Below, one piece after another: positions 20,934-30,955 of a stretch of 62,196 bases of DNA; position 1 is the first letter of the stretch; every line of letters begins with the position of its first letter. A program made the translations under genes and the position numbers. The stretch lies in assembly GCA_964392105.1 (NCBI GenBank), contig CAYMPA010000002.1, forward strand, positions 1 to 62,196. The letters are read 5' to 3'. The stretch is from an uncultured Enterobacteriaceae bacterium (GTDB taxonomy: Bacteria > Pseudomonadota > Gammaproteobacteria > Eutrophobiales > Eutrophobiaceae). The notes below the pieces were generated by a model. The model saw nothing but the letters and a program-made list of their open reading frames with translations. It made no database searches and had not been told where the DNA came from.

Positions 20934-22159
20934 TGAGTACTATTCAAGTCATCGACATAGGCAAAGCCTATAAAAAATATACTAGTCACTGGTCACGCTT
21001 GATGGAATGGATACTGCCTTTCTCAAAACCACGTCATCAACTAATATGGGCATTACAAGATATTAATTTCGAAGTACATCAAGGTGAAGCCGTTGGTATC
21101 GTAGGTATTAATGGAGCTGGCAAGAGCACTTTATTAAAAGTAATCACTGGCACTACGAAGCCCACAACGGGTAATGTTGAAATATCTGGTCGAATTGCAG
21201 CCTTACTGGAACTGGGCATGGGTTTTCACCCGGAATTTACCGGAAGACAAAATGTCTTCATGGCTGGACAGTTAGCAGGATTAAGTGTGCCGGAAATTAC
21301 CAAACTTATGCCGGAAATTGAGGCCTTTGCTGAAATTGACGAATATATCGATCAACCAATCCGTATTTATTCAAGTGGCATGGAGATACGGCTTGCCTTC
21401 AGTGTCGCCACAGCTATACGACCAGATGTCTTGATAGTTGATGAAGCATTAGCGGTTGGAGATGCTTATTTCCAACATAAAAGTTTTGCACGTATCAAAG
21501 AATTCAAGAAAAAAGGGACATCTATACTTTTAGTTTCTCATGATAAAACTGCAATTCAATCACTATGTGACAGAGCGGTACTCATTGAGAATGGAAAGCT
21601 GATAAAAGTAGATAAGCCTAATATATTGATGGACTATTACAATGCAATAATCTTAGGAAAAGAGCGAAAAAATATAGCAATAAATAATGAAGGTCACAAC
21701 ATCAAAACCATACATGGTTCTAAAGAAGCTACTATTACGAGTGTGGGCATCTTTAATACAGAAGATCAGTTGCTAAAAGACATTCAAACAGGTGAAAAAG
21801 CATATATATTGATAAATGTCAGTATCAGAAAAAAAATATCGGAATTAAATATCGGATTTTTAATTAAAGATAAATATGGGCAGGAAATTTATGGAACTAA
21901 TACACATAATCATGGCATTAAACTGGAACAACTTGATGAAAACATGGCAATATCCTGTCGAATTGATTTAGAGATGAATATTGGCCCAGGCAACCACTCC
22001 ATATCGGTAGCTGCTGTAAAATCAGGTGTAAGACATGAAAGGAATTATGAGTGGATTGAAAATGCATATGTATTTACTGTTCATAATATAGATCAACCTG
22101 ATTTTGTCGGAACAGCATCTATACCAACTGAATTTTCGTTAAAAATTACAAATGAATAA
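20933..22159 (+). CDS. wzt: Polysaccharide ABC exporter ATPase (Wzt) with a C-terminal glycan-binding domain
   Basis: Walker A GINGAGKST, signature SSGMEIRLAF, Walker B LIVDEAL. A ~160-aa beta-rich C-terminal extension resembles Wzt_C. Confidence 0.88.
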   Translation: MSTIQVIDIGKAYKKYTSHWSRLMEWILPFSKPRHQLIWALQDINFEVHQGEAVGIVGINGAGKSTLLKVITGTTKPTTGNVEISGRIAALLELGMGFHPEFTGRQNVFMAGQLAGLSVPEITKLMPEIEAFAEIDEYIDQPIRIYSSGMEIRLAFSVATAIRPDVLIVDEALAVGDAYFQHKSFARIKEFKKKGTSILLVSHDKTAIQSLCDRAVLIENGKLIKVDKPNILMDYYNAIILGKERKNIAINNEGHNIKTIHGSKEATITSVGIFNTEDQLLKDIQTGEKAYILINVSIRKKISELNIGFLIKDKYGQEIYGTNTHNHGIKLEQLDENMAISCRIDLEMNIGPGNHSISVAAVKSGVRHERNYEWIENAYVFTVHNIDQPDFVGTASIPTEFSLKITNE

Positions 22160-24140
22160 TACACAGATAAAAAAAAAGATTTTAATAGTTTTACATAAAG
22201 GCCAAAAATGCGGTGTACATGATTATGGCGAAAAAATAACGAGACTGATACAAAATTCAAGTAGATATATAGTCGAAAAAATTGATGCCACATCAATAGA
22301 AGAAGTCATTTCCCATGCATCACGCATAGACGCTAATATAATTCTGTATAATTATCACTCAGATGTGATGCCCTGGATTAATTGTGAATTAAAAAAGTTT
22401 AAACAATATATCCATATAGCAATCCAACATGAAATTGCTCAGGAAAATATCCACGAATTTAACTCTGATATTTTCGATTATCATCTTTCATTAGACCCTA
22501 CGCTCGTCGCATATAACCCCATTATTTCTACAGTGCCGAGAATCCTGGAACCCTATAACAGTATCAAAAGAAGTTTCGACGATAAAAAAGTCGTAATTGG
22601 CAGCTTCGGTTTTTTAACAAAAAACAAGAGATTTGATAAAATAGTAGATTATGTTAATGATCAATTTGATGAAGCTCTGATTCGCTTTAATATATCTCCA
22701 CACGACAGTCTCGATAAAAATAATGAACGGTTTGATGAACAATATAAAATATGGAATAAAAAAATAACCAAGGAAAAGATCAGCCTTAGTGTAACGAATG
22801 AACATTTTAATCATCAGAATATATTCAAGTTTCTATCTGAAAACTCTTTAAATTTCTTTTACTATGAAAATGATCCAGGACGAGGAATAGCAAGTGTTAC
22901 TGATTTTGCACTATCAGTAGATGTCCCCATTGCAATTAACAATTCCAGCATGTTCCGGCATATATTGCATTGCAATCCCAGTCCCTGTATTGAAAACAGT
23001 TCTTTAACAACAATTATCGAAAATGGCACGAAAGGCCTGGATAATATCAAAAAACTTTATCAGCCTGATGCCGCATTGTCAGGCTGGGAAAAAGGGATTG
23101 ATGAAGCTCTCTTATATATCGAACAAAAATATATTACACCAGACAATAAAGGATTTAATAAAATTCTAGATGATACTTCCAGGGAAAAATATACTAAATA
23201 TATTCAAACTATTGAGAAACTATGTCCAGTTACAATAAAAAATAAAATTCCAAGAGCAAATATACAACAGGCCTTTGTTTTACACGCAGTTCAACATTTT
23301 TCTACGAAATTTATTTCTCCTGAGATACTAGCTGTTGGATCATTCGAAGATACTGCATCACAGGCATTGATTGCCTGTGGATATAAAGTTATCGAAATAG
23401 ATCCTAATGTAAACATGGATTTACAAGACTTTTATCTTTCAAATAATACAGGATCCGACAGGTATGAGATCATCATATGCACTTCTGTACTGGAACATAT
23501 TAAAGATGATGAATATTTTATTTCGATGATTGCAGATCTATTAGCTCCAAATGGATATGGCATATTTACTGTGGATTTCAAAGAAGATTATAAAGATGGT
23601 GATAATAAGCCGACTGTTGATCATAGACTTTACACAAGTCACGATCTTATTGATAGATTAATAAAAACCATACCAGAATGTCGATTAATAGATGAACCTC
23701 AGTGGAATTATTGCGAGCCAGACTTTGAATATGAAGATTGTAATTATAATTTCGCCACTATCGTTTTTAAAAAATTTGACAAACCGTTAAAGCTTCACTT
23801 TTGCGATACAATATCATCAAACTCAAGACAGGCATGGAAACATTATGGGCTTTATTCAAATAATGGCTGGAATATAAAAAATCAACAAGATTATTTTAAT
23901 GAATACGATAGAAAATATATTACTATTAATGACATTGTAAGAGAAAATTGGAAAGCCGGTAAAAACAACGAGAAATTAAGTCTAACTGAATTAAAAACTG
24001 ATATATTTGAAAAAAAGATGCAAGAACGGGATAGATTGATTCGACATTTAAGAACTCAAAACAGGATGTTACGCATAGCAATACTGGGTTTTAGATATTT
24101 CAGAAAATTGTATCTTTTTTTTAGCAAAAGGAAAAACTGA
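22152..24140 (+). CDS. Multidomain protein: N-terminal GT-B-like domain, central class I methyltransferase, C-terminal coiled coil and basic amphipathic tail (candidate O-polysaccharide chain terminator)
   Basis: 662 aa. The methyltransferase core is ILAVGSFEDT..IIICTSVLEHIKDD..LAPNGYGIFTV. The C-terminus is EKKMQERDRLIRHLRTQNRMLRIAILGFRYFRKLYLFFSKRK. The gene overlaps wzt by 8 nt. Confidence 0.6.
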   Translation: MNNTQIKKKILIVLHKGQKCGVHDYGEKITRLIQNSSRYIVEKIDATSIEEVISHASRIDANIILYNYHSDVMPWINCELKKFKQYIHIAIQHEIAQENIHEFNSDIFDYHLSLDPTLVAYNPIISTVPRILEPYNSIKRSFDDKKVVIGSFGFLTKNKRFDKIVDYVNDQFDEALIRFNISPHDSLDKNNERFDEQYKIWNKKITKEKISLSVTNEHFNHQNIFKFLSENSLNFFYYENDPGRGIASVTDFALSVDVPIAINNSSMFRHILHCNPSPCIENSSLTTIIENGTKGLDNIKKLYQPDAALSGWEKGIDEALLYIEQKYITPDNKGFNKILDDTSREKYTKYIQTIEKLCPVTIKNKIPRANIQQAFVLHAVQHFSTKFISPEILAVGSFEDTASQALIACGYKVIEIDPNVNMDLQDFYLSNNTGSDRYEIIICTSVLEHIKDDEYFISMIADLLAPNGYGIFTVDFKEDYKDGDNKPTVDHRLYTSHDLIDRLIKTIPECRLIDEPQWNYCEPDFEYEDCNYNFATIVFKKFDKPLKLHFCDTISSNSRQAWKHYGLYSNNGWNIKNQQDYFNEYDRKYITINDIVRENWKAGKNNEKLSLTELKTDIFEKKMQERDRLIRHLRTQNRMLRIAILGFRYFRKLYLFFSKRKN

Positions 24141-24330
24141 GATTTTTCTATGTTAGTAGCATAATAACTGGGTTACACGTAAATATGCTAGATAAAAATA
24201 TTAATGTTTTTATTTTATATCTCACAATAAACAAAAAGATTTATCTATTATCCTGACTGATTTAATGATTGAAATGCAGGAAATCAGAATATATTAATTC
24301 AATCTAGTGTATGTATTTTAAACATGGAAA

Positions 24331-27300
24331 ATGAATAACCGTAGGGAAATTATCGCTCATATATTACTTTTTATTGTGAATTGCCGCAGAAATACCAGGC
24401 ATATTGTAAAAGCAATCATTAACTTTTATCCCGTACGCATAATCCGAATATTGATAAGAAGAATATTATATTTATTGTGCGCCCCATTGCGTTATGTTTT
24501 GGCAAGGGCAGTATTTTTTTTAGAAAAGCACCCTCGTCTTAGATACAAGGTAGTTATCTCAACCTATTCCATCATACCCAGGTTGTATGCCTATATACAC
24601 AGGGAATTATATGCAGGCTTTGCTATGCTCACAACAGGTGCTCAATCTGTTTTATCAGGTCAAATTGTAGATGTCGACCAAGTAATAATAGGTGAAGAGA
24701 CTGATTTGTCTGTTTTACCATTACCGACTGGGAAACGCACTTTGTACATCTATGTCGACCATACAGTTTCCTGCCATACCAACACCGGTGTACAACGGGT
24801 AACACGTGGCCTGGCAACAAGCCTGACCCAGCTTGGTGAGCAAGTCCGTTATGTCAAATGGGATAATTTCAATAATCAGTGTGTACTTATAAGCCTGCCA
24901 GAACGAGAACATCTTGCCCAATGGAATGGTCCCCGGATCAATGATGAGGAAAAAGAGATTTACCAATTGTTTTCAATGCAACATGTTCCCGTTGCATCAC
25001 ATGTATCAGGAGAAAACCACTGGTTAATTGTTCCTGAGGTTACTCATATTAATGACTATAAGAGATCACTAATGGCCGATATCGCGCTATGGGCGCACCA
25101 AGCCGGATTAAAATTGGGAGTTGTATTTTACGATACTATCCCACTACGCCGTAAAGAATTTAAAAAGATGGCAATTCTGCACACAGACTATATGCGCGAA
25201 TTGTTACTTGCAGATGAAGTCTGGGCGATCTCTTCATGGTCAGCAAATGATTTGCTTTCATACTGGCACACTAACGAAAACGCTGATAAAGCAACCATAC
25301 CTGAATTGCCGGTTATTTCACTGCCGGGAGAGTCTCAACATTGTGAAAGGATCAATATTCAATTGCCTGATGATCCAGTGATTTTCTGCGTTGGTACAAT
25401 AGAACCACGGAAGAACCAAGTAATGCTCATTCGTGCCTTTACCGAATATAAGCAAAAAAATCCAGAAAGCCCCTGGCAACTTATTCTCGTTGGTAATCTA
25501 CACCTTTCAGTAGCTAAAGAGGTAAGAAGAGCTATCAAGAAAGAGAAAAGCATCCTCCATTTAGGACATGTTTCAGATGATGAGCTTGATACACTCTACC
25601 GAAAATCTGCCTTCACAGCGTTCCCTTCGATAGAGGAGGGTTTTGGCCTGCCTATTTTAGAAAGCCTATGGCATGGTAAACCTTGCATTTGTGCTAATTT
25701 TGGCTCCATGCGTGAAGTTGGTGAAGGTGGCGGATGCCTGATGATCAATACACAGGATGCAACTGCTCTTTCCAATGCTATAACAAGTATGATCGTAGAT
25801 AAAAATATGCGTGATAATCTTACAAAAGAAGCCATAGCTCGTCCGATGGAGACATGGATTGACTATGCTTCTAAAATTAAAAAACGAATTGATAGAGAAA
25901 ATTGCATGATTGATAAAATTCAACATATTTACTATTGGATTGATGCCACTCTCAATTTTCCAAAAAATACAGGTATACAACGTGTAACTCGCCTGCTTGC
26001 AAGAGGATTATTGGAACAGGGTTTTTCACTCATACCTGTTAAATGGGATACCGAAAACAGTAAATTGATTTCTGTGAACGAGACAGAACTCGAATATTTC
26101 TCACGTTGGAACGGGCCGTCACCACCTATGTGGACTGATTGGCTGGAACCTGACTCAGAAAACAAAACCACCTGGTTTTTTATGGCTGAACTTCCACTCC
26201 AGATCTCTAATGTTCAACAGTCAAAGTTGCTTGAATATATTCATGGTATTGGCATGAAAAGCGTTGCGGTATTCTATGATGCCATCCCCTGGAAAATGCG
26301 TTCTATCTATCCTAAACATTTTTCACAGGCTCATTTTGATTATATGAAAAATTTGAGCAACTTCAATCTAGTATTACCTATATCACAATACTCGCGAAAT
26401 GACTTAATAGGATTTCTTGGTACCTTCCTGCCAAAGCCTCAATATCTGGAACAAAGGATAAAAACCGTTTTACTTCCTGGTGAATTTATTGAGCACGAAC
26501 GTGTAACTACATTTAATGGCTTTGTAGAAGAAAAGCCGCTAATCATACTATGTGTTGGAACGGTTGAACCCCGTAAGAACCATGAACTGCTAATAAAATC
26601 TTTTGCTCAAGCTGCGGAAAAATCTGCAAAGCCGCTGCAGCTTATTATCATTGGCGGAAGTCATAGCGCCTTGGAAATAAGAGTACATAAGTTGCTTGAA
26701 AACTATCCTAATGTTATTTGGGAAGAATTTGCTGATGATGCAAGACTACATAAACTTTACATTGAATGTGATATTACTGTCTTCCCATCACTCGAAGAAG
26801 GTTTTGGATTACCTATTTTAGAAAGTCTATGGTATGGAAAACCTTGTATATGCGCTAACTTCGGCGCCATGAAAGAAGCTGCCAATGGTGGTGGTTGCCT
26901 TATGGTTGACGTACGCGACTCAGATAAAGTGGCTGTTGCAATTCAGACATTGGCAGAAAATCACGAAATGCGAGAAACGCTGGTTAATGAGGCCCTGAAT
27001 AGAAGATTTAAAACCTGGCAAGAATATGCGCTTGAAGTTGCAATACACCTTACCAGGAATACTCCAACAGTACGAACTAAAGAATTAACTCTAACCCGGT
27101 CGGAAATTAGAGAACGTTCACAGGCGATGCATCTAGTCCCACGACCAATGCTTTCTATATGTATTAGTACATACAACCGTGCAGAGTGGCTGGCGGTGAA
27201 TCTTAAAAACTGGGCGCACTTATATCCCTCTCCACTCCCAGATGTTGAGCTATTGGTATGTGACAACGCTTCAACTGATCACACTTCTAAAATAATCAAA

Positions 27301-28170
27301 CCATATCTAAAGCGGACTGATTTTACATATCATTGCAATTCACACAACGTTGGAATGCTTGGTAACTTGAGAAAAACTACACATTTTGCTCAGGGGAAAT
27401 ATGTATGGATTATCGGTGATGATGATTTGCTAATGCCTGGGGCAATTGAGAAAGTAGTATCTAACATAAAGAGTTATCCAGATGTCGCGCTTTTATACCT
27501 GAATTATGCATTTACAAAAATTGAAGATGCCAGAACAATTAATAATTTTGATGTTTTTTTTCGTGAGGCAACTCCAATTGTACCTGCTGAGCCAGATCGC
27601 TTTGGTCCCCTCAACGAAATATGTGCACGCAATGAGAACTTTTTCACAGCGATTTATACACTGGTATTCCGGCGAAACCATGCACTGAAGGCTTATTCAC
27701 AAGATACCAGTGGACGGCCGTTTTCGACGATGCTTACCTGTATTCCAACGACATATTATGTGCTTAATCATTTGATGAATGCCCCCGGTGTCTGGATTGG
27801 AACACCACAAATAGTCGTCAACATGAATGTTTCATGGCTCAAATATGCACCTTTGTGGATTTTGGAACGTATTCCCGAAGTTTATGAATTAGCAGAACAA
27901 AATGGCGTGCCAGTTGAGGATATTGATCGTTGGCGTAAACACACCCTGCCAGGAGTTTCAAAATATTTCTATGAAATATTTTCCAATGACCCGCTTAATA
28001 ACGCCAGATATTTTTCCGCTGCAAGATTAGTTCGACGTTTTAAACACTTACCGGAATTTGTTAAACTACGTCCGGTTTTGCGTGACGTTTATAAACTCGC
28101 TTATGAGAACAAACATCCTGCTGCTAAATTACCTGTTTCGCAAGTTTTTCCGGAGACGGTAAAATTATAA
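24331..28170 (+). CDS. 1279-aa three-module glycosyltransferase (GT4 + GT4 + GT2), candidate O-polysaccharide polymerase
   Basis: Two internally duplicated GT4 modules (NTG[VI]QRVTR..GT[IV]EPRKN..EEGFGLPILESLW[HY]GKPCICANFG), then a GT2 module LSICISTYNRAEWL..VCDNASTDHT..IIGDDD. Confidence 0.85.
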   Translation: MNNRREIIAHILLFIVNCRRNTRHIVKAIINFYPVRIIRILIRRILYLLCAPLRYVLARAVFFLEKHPRLRYKVVISTYSIIPRLYAYIHRELYAGFAMLTTGAQSVLSGQIVDVDQVIIGEETDLSVLPLPTGKRTLYIYVDHTVSCHTNTGVQRVTRGLATSLTQLGEQVRYVKWDNFNNQCVLISLPEREHLAQWNGPRINDEEKEIYQLFSMQHVPVASHVSGENHWLIVPEVTHINDYKRSLMADIALWAHQAGLKLGVVFYDTIPLRRKEFKKMAILHTDYMRELLLADEVWAISSWSANDLLSYWHTNENADKATIPELPVISLPGESQHCERINIQLPDDPVIFCVGTIEPRKNQVMLIRAFTEYKQKNPESPWQLILVGNLHLSVAKEVRRAIKKEKSILHLGHVSDDELDTLYRKSAFTAFPSIEEGFGLPILESLWHGKPCICANFGSMREVGEGGGCLMINTQDATALSNAITSMIVDKNMRDNLTKEAIARPMETWIDYASKIKKRIDRENCMIDKIQHIYYWIDATLNFPKNTGIQRVTRLLARGLLEQGFSLIPVKWDTENSKLISVNETELEYFSRWNGPSPPMWTDWLEPDSENKTTWFFMAELPLQISNVQQSKLLEYIHGIGMKSVAVFYDAIPWKMRSIYPKHFSQAHFDYMKNLSNFNLVLPISQYSRNDLIGFLGTFLPKPQYLEQRIKTVLLPGEFIEHERVTTFNGFVEEKPLIILCVGTVEPRKNHELLIKSFAQAAEKSAKPLQLIIIGGSHSALEIRVHKLLENYPNVIWEEFADDARLHKLYIECDITVFPSLEEGFGLPILESLWYGKPCICANFGAMKEAANGGGCLMVDVRDSDKVAVAIQTLAENHEMRETLVNEALNRRFKTWQEYALEVAIHLTRNTPTVRTKELTLTRSEIRERSQAMHLVPRPMLSICISTYNRAEWLAVNLKNWAHLYPSPLPDVELLVCDNASTDHTSKIIKPYLKRTDFTYHCNSHNVGMLGNLRKTTHFAQGKYVWIIGDDDLLMPGAIEKVVSNIKSYPDVALLYLNYAFTKIEDARTINNFDVFFREATPIVPAEPDRFGPLNEICARNENFFTAIYTLVFRRNHALKAYSQDTSGRPFSTMLTCIPTTYYVLNHLMNAPGVWIGTPQIVVNMNVSWLKYAPLWILERIPEVYELAEQNGVPVEDIDRWRKHTLPGVSKYFYEIFSNDPLNNARYFSAARLVRRFKHLPEFVKLRPVLRDVYKLAYENKHPAAKLPVSQVFPETVKL

Positions 28171-28351
28171 ATTTAATGAAAGGAAAGTTTTCAGAATGTT
28201 TTTTATAATCTTTGTTACTAATAACGAAATCTGTTTAACTTTTACCAATTAGATATTCAGTATTATATTATGTGTAAAAATATTTTGGAGATACTTTATT
28301 AATAATATATACACTAAATTAAATAGCTGTCGTGTTTGTTCTAACACAAAC

Positions 28352-29536
28352 ATGACTAATGTATTGAATTTAGGAAATCAAGCATTAACCGGTGTCTTTC
28401 CAAACTCTGAAAATACTCATATCACTTCTGGCCCCTTAGAATTAGTCTGGTGCGCGGATTGCAATCTTCTTCAATTGGCCTATTCATATGACCCAGATGA
28501 GATGTATGGGGAAAATTATGGTTATCGCTCAGGTTTAAATGCTTCAATGGTGAAACACCTGACAGATAAAGTAATTTATTTACAAAAGCTTGTAACACTA
28601 AATTCAGATAGCGTTGTTTTAGATATTGGAAGTAACGATGGAACAACACTGAAAGCATATTGCATCAAAGGGTTAACAAAAATCGGTATAGACCCAACAG
28701 GAGAAAAATTTCGAAATTACTATACTGCAGACATTTCGCTTGTTGTAGATTTTTTTTCTAGCGATGCTTATAGGAGTGTTGAACAACGACCTGCTAATAT
28801 TATAACTTCAATAGCAATGTTCTACGATTTAGAAAATCCTATTGCATTTGCACTCCAGATAGAAGAAATTCTGGATATGAATGGTGTATGGCATTTTGAG
28901 CAAAGCTATATGCCTTCAATGCTTCGTACAAATTCCTATGACACAATTTGTCATGAGCACCTTGAGTTTTACTCTTTAAAAGTTGTTGAATTTATTTTAT
29001 CAGAAGCGAACTTAAAAATTGTAGATGTTCAAATGAATTCTGTTAATGGCGGAAGCTTTGCAATTACTGCAGCAAAGAAAACCAGTCCATTGCCTGAGAA
29101 TAATGCTGTTATTAATTGGTTGTTAGACCAAGAAGAAGCGATGGGTTTATCTACACCAAAACCATACAGAGATTTTGAAGAGCGTGTTTATCGTCACCGT
29201 CGTGATTTAATGCGACTTATACGTGCATTGAATAGTGATGGTAAAACAATACTGGGATATGGTGCGTCAACCAAGGGGAATGTACTCCTGCAGTTTTGTG
29301 GTCTTACTACTGATGATATTCCAGCTATTGCCGAGGTTAATGAAGATAAATTTGGTTGTTTTTGCCCGGGTACAGGCATTCCAATCATATCAGAAGCTGA
29401 TGCCCGGGCAATGAACCCGGACTATTTTCTGGTATTACCATGGCATTTTAAAAATGGAATTATTGAACGTGAAAAAGAATTTTTGGCTGGTGGGGGAAAA
29501 ATGATCTTTCCATTCCCGGAGATTGAAATTATTTAA
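28352..29536 (+). CDS. NDP-hexose C-methyltransferase family protein (TylCIII-like). The annotated ATG probably truncates the N-terminal zinc knuckle.
   Basis: LDIGSNDGT SAM motif, ICHEHLEFYSL and NGGSF C-terminal domain motifs. The second CxxC, WCADCNLLQL, is present. The first CxxC (CRVCS) is in frame but upstream of the ATG, at 28328-28339. Confidence 0.8.
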   Translation: MTNVLNLGNQALTGVFPNSENTHITSGPLELVWCADCNLLQLAYSYDPDEMYGENYGYRSGLNASMVKHLTDKVIYLQKLVTLNSDSVVLDIGSNDGTTLKAYCIKGLTKIGIDPTGEKFRNYYTADISLVVDFFSSDAYRSVEQRPANIITSIAMFYDLENPIAFALQIEEILDMNGVWHFEQSYMPSMLRTNSYDTICHEHLEFYSLKVVEFILSEANLKIVDVQMNSVNGGSFAITAAKKTSPLPENNAVINWLLDQEEAMGLSTPKPYRDFEERVYRHRRDLMRLIRALNSDGKTILGYGASTKGNVLLQFCGLTTDDIPAIAEVNEDKFGCFCPGTGIPIISEADARAMNPDYFLVLPWHFKNGIIEREKEFLAGGGKMIFPFPEIEII

Positions 29537-29554
29537 ATATTCGCGGTTTTAAGT

Positions 29555-29585
29555 AAGTATACTTGATTATGCAACAAGTATACTT
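29555..29585. terminator. Bidirectional hairpin between convergent genes
   Basis: AAGTATACTTG (29555-29565) and CAAGTATACTT (29575-29585) are exact reverse complements with a 9-nt loop. A T-run precedes it and weak T-richness follows. Confidence 0.5.
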
Positions 29586-29679
29586 CCTCGCTGCCCTACA
29601 AATCGCTCATTGAGTGGCCGGCAATTTATAATAAATAACTGATATTAGATAAGTGCAAAAGAATCTTGCTGTATTCTAA

Positions 29680-30915
29680 TTAATATTCATTGTCATTAAT
29701 CATATTATGTATCAATTCATAGTAACGTTTAGCTACAGAGTCCCAGTTATATTTACTATATACACTCTTAATTCCATTTTCGGAAAGTTCTCTGCATATG
29801 TCAGTATCTTTAAGCAATCGCTGAATTGCTTCAGCAAGGGACGTGGAGTCCCCCGGTTTCACCAATAGACCATTTTCACCATCTACAATAATATCCTTAA
29901 TTGCTTCCAATGTTGATGCAACAACAGCACAACCACAACCTAGGGCCTCAATAATTACGAGCCCCAGACCCTCTTGGTCACCAGTAGCATCCACTATTGA
30001 TGGTGTAATGGCTATCATTGCGGATGAATATAAAGCTGGCAATTCTTTTTGTTGAACACTACCAATAAAATGTATATTATTTTCCAATTTATGCTGTTTT
30101 ACTATTTCTTCCAGCTCACCTCGTAATGGACCATCACCAACCAACAACAATTCGACATCTGGTATAAGATTACAAACCTGAGAAATTGCTTCTATCAAAT
30201 ATACAATACCTTTCTTTTCTACTAAGCGGCCAACAAAAATCACCCTGTTGTGTTTTCTTTGTACGCTCTCCACGGACTTGAATAAATCAATCAGGTTAAC
30301 CCCCATTGGAATTACCGAGACCTTTTCGTTATCCATAGACATTTTTTCTAAACAATATTTATGCATATAGTTACTCACTACAGTCACTTTTTTCATTCTA
30401 TTCAAAGTCCAGTTTTTGATTTTCTTTAAAAGATATGACTGTAATGAGAACAAATCACCTCCATGAGAAGTACATAGTATTGGGGGGGATCTTTGTCCTA
30501 TAACCATACAGACAAGCGCGCAAATAAACCCTTGAGGAATTATCCAATGCACATGGATTGCATCGTATTGCGTTGACTTAAGATACTGCCCTAAAGCAAG
30601 CGCTTGAGCAAGAATAAAGAAAGGAACAAGAAAATATAACATCTTGTTCTTACGGATATTCGACATAATACCACCAGAGTATGCAAGAACCTCACACTGA
30701 GGGAAGCAATACATATATCTGTATACTTTTATACCATCGATTATTTCATGTCGTTTTGCACTTTTTGTATGCGGGGCTATTACATCAATATCTAAACCTA
30801 ATTTAACCAGACGCTTACATAACTCTGAAATAAACGGAGGTTCAGTATCATTTGCCCAACGCGGAAATGTTGAGGTTACAACAAGTAATGTTTTTTTTTG
30901 CGTAGAAGAGCCCAT
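29680..30915 (-). CDS. Glycosyltransferase family 4
   Basis: 411 aa. N-terminal LLVVTSTFPRWANDTEPPFI and C-terminal GDQEGLGLVIIEALGCGCAVVAS motif. Confidence 0.8.
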   Translation of the reverse strand: MGSSTQKKTLLVVTSTFPRWANDTEPPFISELCKRLVKLGLDIDVIAPHTKSAKRHEIIDGIKVYRYMYCFPQCEVLAYSGGIMSNIRKNKMLYFLVPFFILAQALALGQYLKSTQYDAIHVHWIIPQGFICALVCMVIGQRSPPILCTSHGGDLFSLQSYLLKKIKNWTLNRMKKVTVVSNYMHKYCLEKMSMDNEKVSVIPMGVNLIDLFKSVESVQRKHNRVIFVGRLVEKKGIVYLIEAISQVCNLIPDVELLLVGDGPLRGELEEIVKQHKLENNIHFIGSVQQKELPALYSSAMIAITPSIVDATGDQEGLGLVIIEALGCGCAVVASTLEAIKDIIVDGENGLLVKPGDSTSLAEAIQRLLKDTDICRELSENGIKSVYSKYNWDSVAKRYYELIHNMINDNEY

Positions 30916-30955
30916 AAGTTAAACTAATTTGGGTATGTTGTTTGCTATAAATAAT

